A stretch of 47,295 nucleotides of DNA from Candidatus Bathyarchaeota archaeon (lineage in GTDB: Archaea > Thermoproteota > Bathyarchaeia > Bathyarchaeales > Bathycorpusculaceae): NCBI GenBank assembly GCA_963733095.1, contig CAVTBV010000011.1, positions 1 to 47,295 on the forward strand, given 5' to 3'. Both the position numbers and the translations under genes were made by a program. This document shows, piece after piece, positions 31,120 to 42,438 of this stretch (position 1 is its first letter; each line of letters begins with the position of its first letter). Under the pieces are notes generated by a model, which was not told where the DNA came from, did not search any database, and was given only the letters and a program-made list of their open reading frames with translations.

Positions 31120-31308
31120 ATGTCGAGAAAGTCAAAGATAGAAGAAGACTTCGACGAATACAATGCGGCCATCGAACGCAAAACTCAAGAAGAAATAAAA
31201 AAAATTAAAAACAAAATTGAGCAAGTCGAAGAAGAAGCGGAAAAAGTAGGAAAAAACTTAAAGCCCAAAGCTACTAAATCCCAATCTAAAGGAGAAGAAA
31301 AAAGTTAA
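31120..31308 (+). CDS. Small K/E-rich coiled-coil hypothetical protein
   Basis: 62-aa ORF between usp and atpK with an upstream GAGGGA. Confidence 0.55.
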   Translation: MSRKSKIEEDFDEYNAAIERKTQEEIKKIKNKIEQVEEEAEKVGKNLKPKATKSQSKGEEKS

Positions 31309-31680
<372 letters not shown>

Positions 31681-31749
31681 GCTCGGTCTCCCGAACCTTT
31701 TATCCTAACCCTTATAGGGCACCTGCTACTAGCCAGATATTGACGAAAC

Positions 31750-33105
31750 TTGCCGCATTCAACAACTAACTTTCGTGCTCGAAGCATCCTAATATTATTC
31801 TGCCTGGCGTTGTTTTGGGTAGTCATTGGAGGTTTTCTGTTTGCTCCAGAAAATTCAGTTGCCGCTGTGCCTACTGCGTCCGAGTCCACTGGCGGCCCGG
31901 TTTTGGTCGTGGATTTTAATGTTCCCGTGGATCCAGGGTCTGCGACGTTTATGTCCCGTGTCGTTACTACCGCCCAGAGCCAGCATGCAACAGCCATCAT
32001 TATAGAGATGAATACGCCCGGCGGTTTGCTGAGCGACATGATTTCAATCGTAAACTCTATTACAACGGCTAATCAGTCGGGTATCCCAACCTACACATTT
32101 ATTGAGCCTAACGGTTTAGGTGCCTCCGCAGGCAGCTACATCGCAATGGCAACTAACCAGATATTGATGGCGCCTGGCAGCGAGATTGGTCCAAGCACCC
32201 CCATCGTAGTTGGGGGATCTGCGTTGGAGCAAAATCACACTCAAGCTGCCATGCTTGACTACATGACCAGTCTAGCTGAGAGATGGGGACGAAACACCAC
32301 GGCAGTCTACGATATGGTTCAATATGACCAGGCGTTCTCAGCGAATCAGGCAGTTGCAGTTCATGTAGCCGATGGAACAGCCGATTCATTTTCTGCTGTC
32401 CTTGCTCAACTAGGCTTGTCGAATAATCCTCAGGAAAAGCTCGGAGAAAACCTGTACGAACAGATAATTAGTGCATTAAGCAATAGTATCCTTGACGGCA
32501 TCCTCATCCTGTTGGGCGTTATAGCCATTGTGCTTGACATTTATCATCCAACGATTGTGTTAACGGTTGTTGGCGTAATAGCTATCGTTGCCGGGTTAAT
32601 CGGCGCTGAAGTAATTGATGCATCGGCGCTGGGGCTTGTAATTCTGGTGCTAGCAGCAGCTTTGATTATTGTGGAGTTAAAGCTCGGTCACGGTTTCGCG
32701 TTGATGGCCGGCGTGGTCCTGGGAGCATTAGGAATCTATTATCTATCCTTTGGTCTGCAATACTCTCCTTCACCAATAACGGGTCTAGTGGAAATAGAGC
32801 TAGGCATACTTGTCGTTTTCGGGGTCCTAATCGGATTGTATATTCGATGGATCGTTGGGCCTCTTAGGCGACGAAAAAGACTCACTGGTTCAGAAGCCAT
32901 GATGGGAAAAACAGGTATTGCACTCACCGACCTTACTCCCAAAGGCGAAGTTCGAGTTCAAGGGGAAATCTGGCGAGCCGAATCCGTTTCAGGCAACATT
33001 CAGAAAAATGAACAAGTCACCGTTAAAGCCCTAAGGGGGCTTGTTATAATAGTTGAAAAAGCCCAGGTTTCCAAGGAAAAAACGCAAACAACTACGACAA
33101 TTTAA
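31750..33105 (+). CDS. nfeD: NfeD-family membrane-bound ClpP-class protease (long form)
   Basis: NTPGG, ASAG, MAPGSEIG, TM region, C-terminal OB domain PKGEVRVQGEIWRA. Confidence 0.88.
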   Translation: MPHSTTNFRARSILILFCLALFWVVIGGFLFAPENSVAAVPTASESTGGPVLVVDFNVPVDPGSATFMSRVVTTAQSQHATAIIIEMNTPGGLLSDMISIVNSITTANQSGIPTYTFIEPNGLGASAGSYIAMATNQILMAPGSEIGPSTPIVVGGSALEQNHTQAAMLDYMTSLAERWGRNTTAVYDMVQYDQAFSANQAVAVHVADGTADSFSAVLAQLGLSNNPQEKLGENLYEQIISALSNSILDGILILLGVIAIVLDIYHPTIVLTVVGVIAIVAGLIGAEVIDASALGLVILVLAAALIIVELKLGHGFALMAGVVLGALGIYYLSFGLQYSPSPITGLVEIELGILVVFGVLIGLYIRWIVGPLRRRKRLTGSEAMMGKTGIALTDLTPKGEVRVQGEIWRAESVSGNIQKNEQVTVKALRGLVIIVEKAQVSKEKTQTTTTI

Positions 33106-33215
33106 CGATTGATGTTAGGCAGCATGAGGTTTTTTTAGGCTCTTAGTCGCTATTACAACTGCTATGCTACAACAATAGCCTTAAAAGCTCTTTTAATTCT
33201 AGTAAAGATGTTTTT

Positions 33216-34070
33216 GTGCCAATTTCTAGACGTGAATTTATTAAAATTGGCGCCGCGGCTGCTATCGGTGCTGGAGTTGCCAGTGCAATTGAAATTCCAA
33301 TTCTTGAAAACTCAATAAATAACGATAATATCGAAGGTAAGTAACTCCAAACCCAGATAACTCAGAGCCAAGCCTTCTTAACCTTAAACCCCGCTGAGCA
33401 AGTGACAGTTGAGGCTTTAGCTGAATCCATAATCCCAACCTGCAGCACTAGTCCAGGTGCCAAAGAGGCTGGCATCGTCTAACTCTATTGACTAAATTAT
33501 AGCAGGAAATATGGTAAAGGCGGTAACATGTTTCTTCAGGGGACATTCGTAACTCCGCATTTTGGGTCAGTTACAATTATGGGGGCAGTTTACCCCAGCC
33601 AAACAAAGACCACCATTACTTATTCAGGCGGGATCATAACGCTAGTGTTACAGGCTGGTTTAGCTTACCACTACGTTTTTAATCCAAGAGAGTTCTGACG
33701 ACGCGGCCTCGTAGCCCTTGAAGACTACTGTACGGCGGCAAAAGGTGGAAAGTTTGAAACTCTTTCCTCAGCAATGCGAACGACGGTGCTACAAGAAATG
33801 TACGATAACGCTGCTTTACAGACTTCTTTTCAATGTCCAAATATTGCAGAATTCTTCAACGAAGTCTAAGACATCATCGTTGCAGGCTTCAGGGCAAATC
33901 CAATCTACGGTTGAACAACGTATGGTAGGTTGGGTTCTGATAGCTTTCAACGCCAATTACTGGGGCGACGACATGGCTTGGGCGCGATGAAGTTGATGAT
34001 TGCAAGTTCACCTACAAGGTTGCCTCCGAAAAGTCTTTGGCAGCTTCAAAAAGAAGGCGGAGGTCTATAG
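33216..34070 (+). pseudogene. Decayed Tat-exported gluconate 2-dehydrogenase subunit-3-like gene
   Basis: MPISRREFIKIG Tat motif; LAESIIP...PGAKEAGIV; multiple stops and frameshifts. Confidence 0.7.
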
Positions 34071-34071
34071 A

Positions 34072-34225
34072 ATGTCAAGTCCAATAAATCATCCTCAGAT
34101 AGACGTTGTCGTTTTCAGATTAGGTCACACGGGAGGTCCGATAGCAACGGAACTAACCCCGCAGGATACAACGTTGTAGGCAATAGAGAAAGGTCCATTT
34201 TGGGAAGTACATCAAGACAATAGCT
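34072..34225 (+). pseudogene. 5' remnant of a GMC oxidoreductase flavoprotein
   Basis: DVVVFRLGHTGGPIATEL / AGYNVV / IEKGPFW: a degenerate FAD-binding N-terminus spread over shifted frames. Confidence 0.6.
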
Positions 34226-34486
34226 AAATAACAGAGTTAATTTTTTGCAGACAACGAACCTATTTGGAGCCTATTTAGCAAATCTATGCAGAAACGATAG
34301 AGGGGTTAGGTCACTAAGAAGAGAACCCTGAGAGGGTTAGTTCGTATTGGTGTTTTCAGTCGTCATTAACATGTTGAAAACACATAGTTATGAATTTAAG
34401 AAATGGGTTTGATAAGTTCATTTACCCTTAACTAGTCAAAGTTAATATTGACCCAGAAATCATTTGTTTGAACGGGGACTTCTGCA

Positions 34487-35164
34487 TTGAAGAGTTTCAA
34501 AGGTATCTTGGTGGTTGGTGAGAGAAACATTTTCAGCGAATTATCCCAAATTATCACCGTTGCAGTGGAAGCCAACACCATCCTAAAAGTCATGTTCAAA
34601 GACTGCTGTAATAGTAAGGCGTTAACCGAGAATATGCATGTTGTCCGTGATTTAGAGAAGAAATCAGATGTAATCGCCTTTAAACTTAACGAAGATATCA
34701 CGGCTGGAGCAATCAGCCCCAACCTAATCGATGACCTTATCGAAAGTACACACTTGGCCGACAACATAGTAGATATTATCTTTTATTTGAGCCGAGAACT
34801 TAGCCGTATGGCTAAAGTCAACATGACAGACTCTTCGGCAGAACGTCAGGAGGTTGAATGGGCTGATGTTTACTTGAAGATACTTGCCCTCGTTGACCAA
34901 TCACTGCCTAAACTGCAACTAATGCTATCCAGCAATAATGTTCCAAAAATCTTGCAGCTACGCATGGAAATTGAGGTCCTCGAAGAACAGGGCGACGACA
35001 TAAAGGATGCTGGGTTTGACACGCTCTATTCCAAGGCAGCAGGAATGAATTATCTGCAATTTTACAATTACAGTGAAATGCTCCATAAATCCGACGATAT
35101 ATTGGACACTTGCGAGGACCTCTCCGATGTACTCGTTTCGATAGTTACCTCAATTCTCAAGTGA
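34487..35164 (+). CDS. DUF47/PhoU-like phosphate transport regulator
   Basis: LEKKSD and LEEQGDDI repeats; directly upstream of PiT. Confidence 0.85.
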   Translation: MKSFKGILVVGERNIFSELSQIITVAVEANTILKVMFKDCCNSKALTENMHVVRDLEKKSDVIAFKLNEDITAGAISPNLIDDLIESTHLADNIVDIIFYLSRELSRMAKVNMTDSSAERQEVEWADVYLKILALVDQSLPKLQLMLSSNNVPKILQLRMEIEVLEEQGDDIKDAGFDTLYSKAAGMNYLQFYNYSEMLHKSDDILDTCEDLSDVLVSIVTSILK

Positions 35165-35171
35165 CCGAAGA

Positions 35172-36080
35172 ATGCTTTTGTTGTCTGTTGCGCTTTTAAT
35201 CTTGGTTTTTGTAGCAGTTGTGCTAGTTGCAGGCAACAACCTGTCCGCTTGTGTGGGGCCGGCTATAGGTTCAAGAATTGTCACCAAACGATTCGGTATA
35301 CTTGTGGGTGCCGCCGGTTTTTCTGCTGGTTTGCTGGTTCAAGGCTCAATCATGACGCAGTCAGTTAGCACTTTACTCCCTAATGCATCGCCTGCACTTA
35401 GGGCAGAGGCTCTGCTGGTTGCGATTGTTGTCTTCGCAATTGCTTTCAAGATGCGGGTGCCTATGTCGCTGAACATGGCGTTGGTGGGGCTTTTGGCTGG
35501 TCTCTCAATTGCTGGAAATGCGCCCGCTAATGGATTATATTTGGGTGAAGTAGTTTTAACGTGGATTCTTGTGCCGTTAATAGCGTTTGGAGTGGCTTTT
35601 GGTCTTATCCGCGTGCTAAATAGGAGTTGGCCAAAAAACCTTTGGCATCGTCTTCAGGCCTACAAGGTTGTGCTTATTGTGGCGTCATTCACAACTGCCT
35701 ACGTGACCGGTGCAAACACTTTAGGTATGATCGTTGCCACAGAAGGATTTGACTTAGCCTCTGTTTTAGCTGCAGTTGTCGCAATTTTTGTGGGATGCTT
35801 TTTCCTCAGTGAAGGCGCGATAAGAAGAGTTTCGCAAGAACTCTTCCTAATGCGTTACGCAAACGCCGCTGTGACGCTGGTGACTTCAACAGTTCTGGTG
35901 GAAGTCGCCACAATCTTCAACATTCCACTATCCATCACTCAAACAACATCCACAGCAGTCTTAGGTGCAGGGTTATCTTACCGAACAAAATTTGTGTCAA
36001 CAAAACCTTTTCTAAAAGTTGCTGCCGGATGGATAATTGCGCCTTTGTTGAGCTTTGCCATCGGTTTACTCATCGGTTAA
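35172..36080 (+). CDS. PiT-family inorganic phosphate transporter
   Basis: AGNN and GANT repeats, IPLSITQ, GWIIAP; multi-TM. Confidence 0.85.
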   Translation: MLLLSVALLILVFVAVVLVAGNNLSACVGPAIGSRIVTKRFGILVGAAGFSAGLLVQGSIMTQSVSTLLPNASPALRAEALLVAIVVFAIAFKMRVPMSLNMALVGLLAGLSIAGNAPANGLYLGEVVLTWILVPLIAFGVAFGLIRVLNRSWPKNLWHRLQAYKVVLIVASFTTAYVTGANTLGMIVATEGFDLASVLAAVVAIFVGCFFLSEGAIRRVSQELFLMRYANAAVTLVTSTVLVEVATIFNIPLSITQTTSTAVLGAGLSYRTKFVSTKPFLKVAAGWIIAPLLSFAIGLLIG

Positions 36081-36217
36081 TCGTCGAGAACTTCGTTCAT
36101 GGGTTTGCCGCAGCACCACGGCGCCTTTTCCACATTACGTTTAGCGTCGCCTGTGCAGGAAACTTCAAATTCTTCACGCTTTTTGTGGCCGCAAACGGTA
36201 CATTCAAACACTGGCAA
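36077..36217 (-). CDS. 46-aa desulforedoxin-like metal-binding microprotein (not in the ORF track)
   Basis: MPVFECTVCGHKKREEFEVSCTGDAKRNVEKAPWCCGKPMNEVLDD*; TTG start with GAGGA 7 nt upstream. Confidence 0.72.
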   Translation of the reverse strand: MPVFECTVCGHKKREEFEVSCTGDAKRNVEKAPWCCGKPMNEVLDD

Positions 36218-36440
36218 GTTCAAATCCTCAAACCATGTAAAAGAAAACCCGAAATAATAAACAATTCTAAACCGTCTTCATTTACAAAAAAATTTCGGGA
36301 AAACAGAGGACAGACAGTGTTTGACCATAAAAAGGGCGGTTTGATCCAAGTTACCGCCATAACGGCAGTAAATCAAGCCAAAAAGCCATTGTCACTATGT
36401 TTTTATTTGATCAGACTATAAAATTTTATGAGGGTTTGCG

Positions 36441-36540
36441 AAGAAAGAGGGTTAACTTAAACGCAAGCGAATTAAGGAAGAGAGAGGGGGGAACACTTCG
36501 CCTGCATTTAAGCCAACCCTTTCCTTGATTGTTAATGCGT
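36441..36540 (-). ncRNA. Candidate structured RNA (long hairpin with a pyrimidine-rich loop)
   Basis: 24-bp stem 36448-36471/36497-36520 whose 4 non-Watson-Crick positions are all G-U on the minus strand. Confidence 0.5.
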
Positions 36541-37292
36541 GTTTGAACAATAAATAATCTTGTGATTGTGCTAGCACAGTAACAATTTGGGGCAGTCGAT
36601 AATTAACAGACCTATTGTAGAATTGCTTTTTTTTTGGGGGGGGGAACCCGGCTCCTTTGACGCGCTATGGCTTTCCAAAACTCATTGGACCAACTTCCTG
36701 AAATATTCCGCTGGCTTCTTTGGTTGATGTTAACCAACCATTTAGATCCTATTAGAAAATTATTAAACAACCTGATAGAGGAGTCAAAGAGCCCTTAAGT
36801 GAGGTATTGGTGCGGGATTTGTCCCTTTTAACATGTGATTAGTTTTGGTTTGCCTTGGCAATATTGGTTTTTTTGGAAAATTTTAGATTTAACTTGTTAA
36901 ATTTGTGCTGACTTGTTCTTGTGGTTGTTTTTGTGTTCCTTTGAAGCAACGGATTTGTCAGGGACAATGCGTTCAAAAATGGTGCCTAAAATGGTTTGTA
37001 ACAGCAAATTCCTGTTTGATTCAGCCAAGAAAGTTTTAGGCGTGTGGCTGAGATAGTTGTTTTGTGATTTTCAGATAATGTTGACGAGAACAAAGTCTTG
37101 CTGAGCAGGCAAAAAAGCGATGGAAAATTCACCTTCTCAATCCTGCTTAAAACTTCAACCACCTGTGGTGAAAAACAATTAATCACAACCAAAATAACGT
37201 GAAAATATCAGAAAAACGTTAAAAGCTGCTAATTTGTGTTTTTAATGCCTCACGGCTACTCTTTGTTCCATTTAACAGTCTTTGTGTAGGCT

Positions 37293-37311
37293 GAAAAGAA
37301 ACGTTTATATC
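37293..37311 (+). promoter_or_regulatory. Probable rRNA promoter (BRE + TATA)
   Basis: GAAAAGAAACG-TTTATAT about 25-30 nt before the start of the paired leader. Confidence 0.6.
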
Positions 37312-37518
37312 AGTTGACTAGGCTTCTGTTAGAATTCAGCTATAATTGCTAGCCCCGCAATTTTCACATGGCGGCGGCTCAACCCCTACCGAAACGGCGA
37401 TTACGCCTTGCAGGAATGACGGAGTTGGCCTCCAATTGCGGGGACAAAAATAGGAAATGTGGACCTGACTAATTGCTCAGTTAGGTCTGAATTGGGCTTT
37501 GACGTATAATTTGTGGAG

Positions 37519-37557
37519 AATGTTTCTCCCTCCAAATCCAGTTAGGCATAGATATGC
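37519..37557 (+). other. 5' strand of the 16S processing stem with bulge-helix-bulge motif
   Basis: Pairs with 39132-39169; central helix CTCC/GGAG flanked by AAA and CAA bulges. Confidence 0.85.
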
Positions 37558-37628
37558 GAATAGTGCAGAACGTACCACACAAAAAACAAGATAGTAAAGA
37601 TCCGCAGAAATCATTACGGAGTGTCACA

Positions 37629-39122
<1,494 letters not shown>

Positions 39123-39131
39123 AAGTAAAAA

Positions 39132-39169
39132 GCATGTATATGCTTGATTGGAGGAGCAAGGAGAACATT
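39132..39169 (+). other. 3' strand of the 16S processing stem (BHB)
   Basis: Complementary to 37519-37557. Confidence 0.85.
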
Positions 39170-39425
39170 AGAGCAGGCCACAAAGGACACGTCAAAGCCC
39201 AGTAACATTAGCAATATAGCTGCAAATCGGGTTTCAACAAATTCTTTCTTCTCTTTACGAATTTATCCTCTAATTGGTGCAACTCTTAATTTGCTGCATA
39301 CCCCTCTTAGGTTTGTGCAATGAGTTTCTAAAAGGGGTCCACACAGACTCGTTTAACCCGCTGGCAGATTTGGGATAAAACTTATATTCCCTCTGTAGCT
39401 CCGTTGCTTTAAGGAGAATCGAGTT

Positions 39426-39809
39426 TTGCAGCAACCAAACCCTCCACCAGCCACTTATAGTCATCATCGAGCAACCTTAGGCTTAGCGTTTTCCATTGCT
39501 GGCGCCGTCTTGATTTTGCTACGGGGATTAGTGCGAATTGTCGCAGGCGACGTTATCACCTTCGCTGGTTCAGATGTAGTTCGCCATAGGTTTCTAGCTG
39601 GGTTAGCGTTAAATATCATTGGTGGAATCGCTATTGCCTTCGCTGTTCTAATCATAGTCGGTGCCTACCTGATTTATAATGGCATGGAAGCTGCTGGAGG
39701 CGTGTTGGTTTTGGTCTTTTCAGTGTTAAGTATTTTCGTTGGCAGCGGCTGGTTCATCGGCTTAATCCTTGGCGTAATAGGCGGCATCCTTGCGCTGATA
39801 AAAAAGTAG
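39426..39809 (+). CDS. Small multi-pass membrane protein
   Basis: About four Gly-rich hydrophobic helices. Confidence 0.7.
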   Translation: MQQPNPPPATYSHHRATLGLAFSIAGAVLILLRGLVRIVAGDVITFAGSDVVRHRFLAGLALNIIGGIAIAFAVLIIVGAYLIYNGMEAAGGVLVLVFSVLSIFVGSGWFIGLILGVIGGILALIKK

Positions 39810-39825
39810 TTTGGACTGATGGTGC

Positions 39826-40074
39826 ATGTTTAATCGACGCGAAGAAATCCGCAAACAACTAACCGATTTGATAGCAAAATTCAAAGAAAAAGGCGCTACC
39901 GCCCCAGAAAAAGCAATGACCGCCCAAGAGTTGGGGCTACCCCCACGATTTCAGGGAGCGATGCAGAGGCGTTTAGGCAAGAGCGGAATCTTTGTTGAAG
40001 TCAACGGAAAATATTGCTTGTCAGAAGAGCGGCTTAAAGAGGTTCAGGTAAGACTTTCTTCTCGGCGATTTTAA
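39826..40074 (+). CDS. Small basic hypothetical protein (possible winged helix)
   Basis: 82-aa ORF (AMTAQELGL...IFVEVNGKY) followed by a T-rich terminator. Confidence 0.65.
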   Translation: MFNRREEIRKQLTDLIAKFKEKGATAPEKAMTAQELGLPPRFQGAMQRRLGKSGIFVEVNGKYCLSEERLKEVQVRLSSRRF

Positions 40075-40242
40075 TTTTTTATTTGTTGTTTATTTTTGCA
40101 TTTTTTGATAACCCTCTTTTTTCACTTATTTTAAAGCACAATTGACCGGGCTGGACAACTTTTGCTTGAACGCTTTTTCGCTTTAGAATACTAAAACTTA
40201 AAGATAACATGCGTTATTGCATCCCAGCGTAGCTTGGGATAA

Positions 40243-41337
40243 ATAATCATTCAAGACGACAGTATCTCTGACAAAAAACACGGCAGTTTTCCTATTTCAG
40301 TAGACCTCATCCGCGTCGTTGCCATCATAATGGTTATAATGTTTCATGCAGTCAACGAACCCTACTCCGCGCTACACCTAACTTCAACCCAGTACTTTGT
40401 TTTTTGGTGGAGCTCAACTATTTATCTGGCACTAGTCATCATGGGTGTTCCCCTTTTCATAATGTTGAGCGGTTCTCTGTTGCTTCAGCCCTCTAAGGTT
40501 GATGAGCCAATCAGGGTTTTTCTTAAAAAGCGTCTCAGCCGAATAGGCATCGCTTTCGTGTTCTGGAGTATCATCTACTTCGCCTGGAGCTACTACGTCA
40601 ATCACGCAGCGCTCACACTTAACTCCGTGATTCAATCTTTTCTAAGCGGAGGCGCCTACAAACAGTTCTGGTTCATTTACCTAATAATGGGCCTCTACCT
40701 AATTACTCCTATACTGCGAATCGTAGTAGCTCACGCTGACAAAAAGATCCTTCGCTACACAATCATGCTTTGGTTTATAGGGACAACTTTGCTTCCGCTT
40801 TTTCACCTAATCACCGGGTTTGAGGTGGATAACAACCTTTTCGCGTTTACCGGCTTTATCGGCTATTTTGTCCTGGGCACATACCTAGTCGGGATTGAAG
40901 TTAAAGCCAAGACGTTAAAAAAACTCCTTGTTGCCGCTATAATCTCGACGATAATTGGGTTATACCTCATGGCTTTCCCCTTCCATTCTGCGGGACAGTA
41001 TTTCTTCTTCACCTACATAACTTCTGCAAATGTTGTGTTAGCCTCAATCGCAACCTACATGCTCTTAGCCAAATATCCCAAAGATTGGCCCAAAAATAGT
41101 CACCCCAAACTCAGCCGATTAACAAAAGCAATAAGCGCAAACACCCTGCCCATCTTCTTCTTCCATGTCATTGTTTTGGAAACGTTCAACCAAGGTTTGC
41201 TGGGCTTTAGGATTAGCATGTTACAAATGTCACCTGTAATAGAGATTCCTTTAGTCACCGCTGTCACGCTCTTCATAACGTTAGGTTTGGTTCTATTGGT
41301 GAAAAAAGTACCGATTCTTAAAACCCTCATAGGATAA
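40243..41337 (+). CDS. Acyltransferase family 3 membrane O-acyltransferase
   Basis: DLIRVVAIIMVIMFH, VPLFIMLSG, FWFIY, GYFVLG; the frame is open from 40243 but the first ATG is at 40330. Confidence 0.85.
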   Translation: MIIQDDSISDKKHGSFPISVDLIRVVAIIMVIMFHAVNEPYSALHLTSTQYFVFWWSSTIYLALVIMGVPLFIMLSGSLLLQPSKVDEPIRVFLKKRLSRIGIAFVFWSIIYFAWSYYVNHAALTLNSVIQSFLSGGAYKQFWFIYLIMGLYLITPILRIVVAHADKKILRYTIMLWFIGTTLLPLFHLITGFEVDNNLFAFTGFIGYFVLGTYLVGIEVKAKTLKKLLVAAIISTIIGLYLMAFPFHSAGQYFFFTYITSANVVLASIATYMLLAKYPKDWPKNSHPKLSRLTKAISANTLPIFFFHVIVLETFNQGLLGFRISMLQMSPVIEIPLVTAVTLFITLGLVLLVKKVPILKTLIG

Positions 41338-41414
41338 TATGTTTTTTCTCCTTGTGCATGAAAAACCTTTTTTCTTGCAATAACAACGAATACTCAATAA
41401 GGCGTTAATTACTG

Positions 41415-42437
41415 ATGGAAAGAAAAGATTACCTCAAAGAACCCGTAACACACATAAAAATAAACGGCGCCCTAACAGTCGACGAACTGATGCAGCAATT
41501 CAAGAATTCCGGTTCGTTGGGCGCTGGGCGGTTAGCGTCTGCATGCGACATTTACGAGAAGATGCTTCGCGAAAAGGATTGTACAGTTTTCTTGGCTTTG
41601 TCGGGTGCGGTGGTTCCCGCAGGAATGCGTACCATAGTTGCCGATTTGATACGCAACCACCTTGTGGATGTGATTGTAAGCACAGGTGCTTGCATGGTCC
41701 ACGACGCCATCGAAGCCGTCGGCGGACACCACTACAAAGGCGGCTGGTCAGTCAACGACGTAGAACTCTACAAGTTCCATCTCTTCCGCATCTACGACAT
41801 CTTTGTTCCCGAAGAAGACTATGTCCAATTAGACTTCAAACTCTCAGAAATGTACGCAGAAATCGCCAAAGAACACAAAGGCAACGGCTTAGCCTCAAAC
41901 GAGTTCACCTACGAAATAGGTAAACGCTTAACCGACAAAAACTCCATCCTCCGCGCAGCCTACGAAGAAAACGTACCCATCTTTCTTCCGTCAGTGCGCG
42001 ACTCAGAATTCGGCTTCATCCACTGGCTTCATGCCTCACAGAAAGACCAGAAAAACGTTCTGTTAGTTGATGCCTTCAAGGATGTTCCAACAATTTGCAA
42101 TATATGCTCTCAATCGCCCAAAAATGGCATGATAGTTATCGGCGGCGGAGTTCCACGCAACACGATCCAGTCGTCTGCGCTTGCATCAAAGAAAGGCTTG
42201 GACTATGCGGTGGTCATCACTTTGGATCGTCCCGAAACCGGGGGCTTGTCGGGTTCAACGCTTGAGGAAACCGTGAGTTGGGGCAAAATGAAGGGTTCAG
42301 CCGACCACGTAACTGTTATAGGCGAAGCATTAATGGTTTTTCCGTTCCTGGTGGCTTCGGCAACTGAACGGTTAGGTCCAGATTTTAAACGTAACTCATT
42401 TTTGCAGAGGGAAAAACTTGCAGGCAGGGAAATCTAA
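41415..42437 (+). CDS. dys: Deoxyhypusine synthase
   Basis: SGAVVPAG, STGA..HD, GGGVPRN, GGLSGST, SWGK (catalytic Lys). Confidence 0.9.
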   Translation: MERKDYLKEPVTHIKINGALTVDELMQQFKNSGSLGAGRLASACDIYEKMLREKDCTVFLALSGAVVPAGMRTIVADLIRNHLVDVIVSTGACMVHDAIEAVGGHHYKGGWSVNDVELYKFHLFRIYDIFVPEEDYVQLDFKLSEMYAEIAKEHKGNGLASNEFTYEIGKRLTDKNSILRAAYEENVPIFLPSVRDSEFGFIHWLHASQKDQKNVLLVDAFKDVPTICNICSQSPKNGMIVIGGGVPRNTIQSSALASKKGLDYAVVITLDRPETGGLSGSTLEETVSWGKMKGSADHVTVIGEALMVFPFLVASATERLGPDFKRNSFLQREKLAGREI

Positions 42438-42438
42438 A

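Noticed and set aside
33718-33990. 90-aa ORF as an independent gene
   Set aside because: Lies within the decayed dehydrogenase pseudogene and is largely an off-frame remnant
36029-36421. 130-aa plus-strand ORF after PiT
   Set aside because: No motifs; the opposite strand encodes a more convincing desulforedoxin-like peptide with an SD site
36627-36644. T9G9 homopolymer as a phase-variation tract
   Set aside because: Intergenic with no clear linked gene or promoter, and its length is unreliable in assemblies
36650-37250. Possible pseudogene or ncRNA upstream of the rRNA promoter
   Set aside because: No recognisable protein motif, SRP or RNase P signature found by eye
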